NCBI RefSeq assembly: GCF_009914755.1
Contig: NC_060947.1
Origin: the human T2T-CHM13v2.0 reference genome, Homo sapiens
Reading direction: 5' to 3' (one strand)
DNA: 64,000 nucleotides
The translations under genes and the position numbers were made by a program. Shown one piece after another: positions 62,501-64,000 of this stretch (the stretch's first letter is position 1; each line of letters opens with the position of its first letter). The notes under the pieces were generated by a model. It was not told the origin of the DNA. It worked only from the letters and a program-made list of their open reading frames with translations, and did no database searches.

Positions 62501-64000
62501 TCAGTTTGTTATCTGAAGCTTAAGTTTCCTACTTAGTTTTTTCCTGTTGCTCACTTTTGACCTATAACTAAGAATGAGGCCGAAGATATATACCATCAGG
62601 TTGCCAAAGGAGAAACAAAGTAGGTAGGTTCTGGGGCCAGCCACTCTGCCAGTGACCGTCTGTTGAGATCTTTCTATATATAGAGTCAACCAACTGCAAA
62701 TATATATGAGACCAGGATGTCTCCAGTATAGAATCAAAATGCCAGATTTGAGCATCCTGTGTGGCTCACCCAACAATGATGGTATCCATATGTTAGATGG
62801 TTTTATTTTGTACTGCTTTCATATAAACTCTTCGGAGGCCTTTGAATAGGGATTTTTTTCTTCTATAATTTTAAATACCTCAATGCCAATGAGATATGAA
62901 ACTCATAGCTATAACTTCTCCTACAATTAGGGACAACAATTTAAATTTGGAAAAGTAGATGACTAAACAAATGTATATGAACATATACATCTTCAAATAT
63001 AAATGCTTTCTTAATGGAGGCTTGCTCATAGAAATCAGAAATGTATAGTTTGTTTGCTGTTGTATCAACCTGCATTTGACTATGATTCTGTTCTAAATGT
63101 AAGTCTTGTCTCAATTTTTGAATTTGTTATAGAGTCTTTTAAAGAGACAGGAACATATCAATAGAAGAAACAGATTCTACTGTGTGTATACTTGTGTTTG
63201 TGTATGAGAGCATTCACAAAATATTCATACTTTTAAACTAACTCCCACAGAAAAATTTAAAACTAAAATCACTTAAAACATATGATTGGCAAGAGCTTCA
63301 ACAACCTGAGAACTCTATGCTTATCAGATGAAAGAAGAAGCAGCATTATGAAAATGTATCTGGATACCATAAGATAATTTCAGAGTACATCAGGTGAAAA
63401 CAGAGTGAGAGGGGCTCTTTGTTCATCTGACCTTATATTTTATAAAAACTCAACCTTCGATTCCATGATAAATAGAATATCAAAATCCCATAATGTCAGA
63501 TATGTATCTCATCTTTGATCTTCTGAAATGTTATGTATGTCAAGTTAAAAAATCTTGAACTTTGATGGTAATAATAACATGCAAATATTTTGATCAAAAC
63601 TGGTTACTTTGCAAAGACCGAAATGATATTGAAGTACTTGTTTTTTCAAGAGTCATATAGAGACATAAATATATTTGGATAGCATAAAACTTAGGAACAA
63701 ATTATTGTTAATGAGAGTTCTGAGATAGAATTTTATATTTAGATTTAATACTTTTAAAATAACATTTTTCAAAATGCAAATTGAAATATTATATGGATGC
63801 ATACCATATTATGCACAGGTAGCGTTTATTTAACTTTTGTTTCACAATTATTTATTGAATGTCTTTTTTTGTGGGAGATGCTATAGTAGGCACTAGTAAT
63901 TATGTGAATAATAAAATAGATGCAATCCCTGACATTGTGGACTTACTTTCGAGTTTGGTGCTATAAAACTTGGTTCTCTTTCAGTCAAATCTAGGTTGAA

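Overview
This is AT-rich, CpG-poor primate (human/great-ape type) genomic DNA with no CpG island and no recognisable host protein-coding exon, so it reads as a large intron or gene desert. The only ORFs with recognisable proteins are LINE-1 ORF2 fragments; the other ORFs in the track are Alu/L1-antisense or chance ORFs. The window is a layered record of transposition: ancient L2, L3/CR1, MIR, HAL1 and L1M fragments; DNA-transposon fossils (Tigger3a, MER44, MER2, two MER58A, MER5, MER3); two solo LTRs (MER41B, MSTA); ten Alu elements or fragments; six L1PA insertions; and two independent 5S rRNA retropseudogenes. I found no evidence for a new gene system. The most informative observations are mechanistic or regulatory: (1) a twin-primed L1PA2-type insertion that appears to carry a 135-bp 3' transduction; (2) a second twin-primed L1PA2-type insertion 4 kb away, missing about 1 kb, whose sense arm stops at the 3'UTR G-quadruplex tract; (3) a MER41B LTR with both STAT GAS sites intact; (4) a minisatellite bounded by inverted units in an Alu tail; (5) an old ~200-bp tandem duplication of unique sequence. 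Repeat subfamily names come from remembered consensus sequences and need RepeatMasker/Dfam confirmation.
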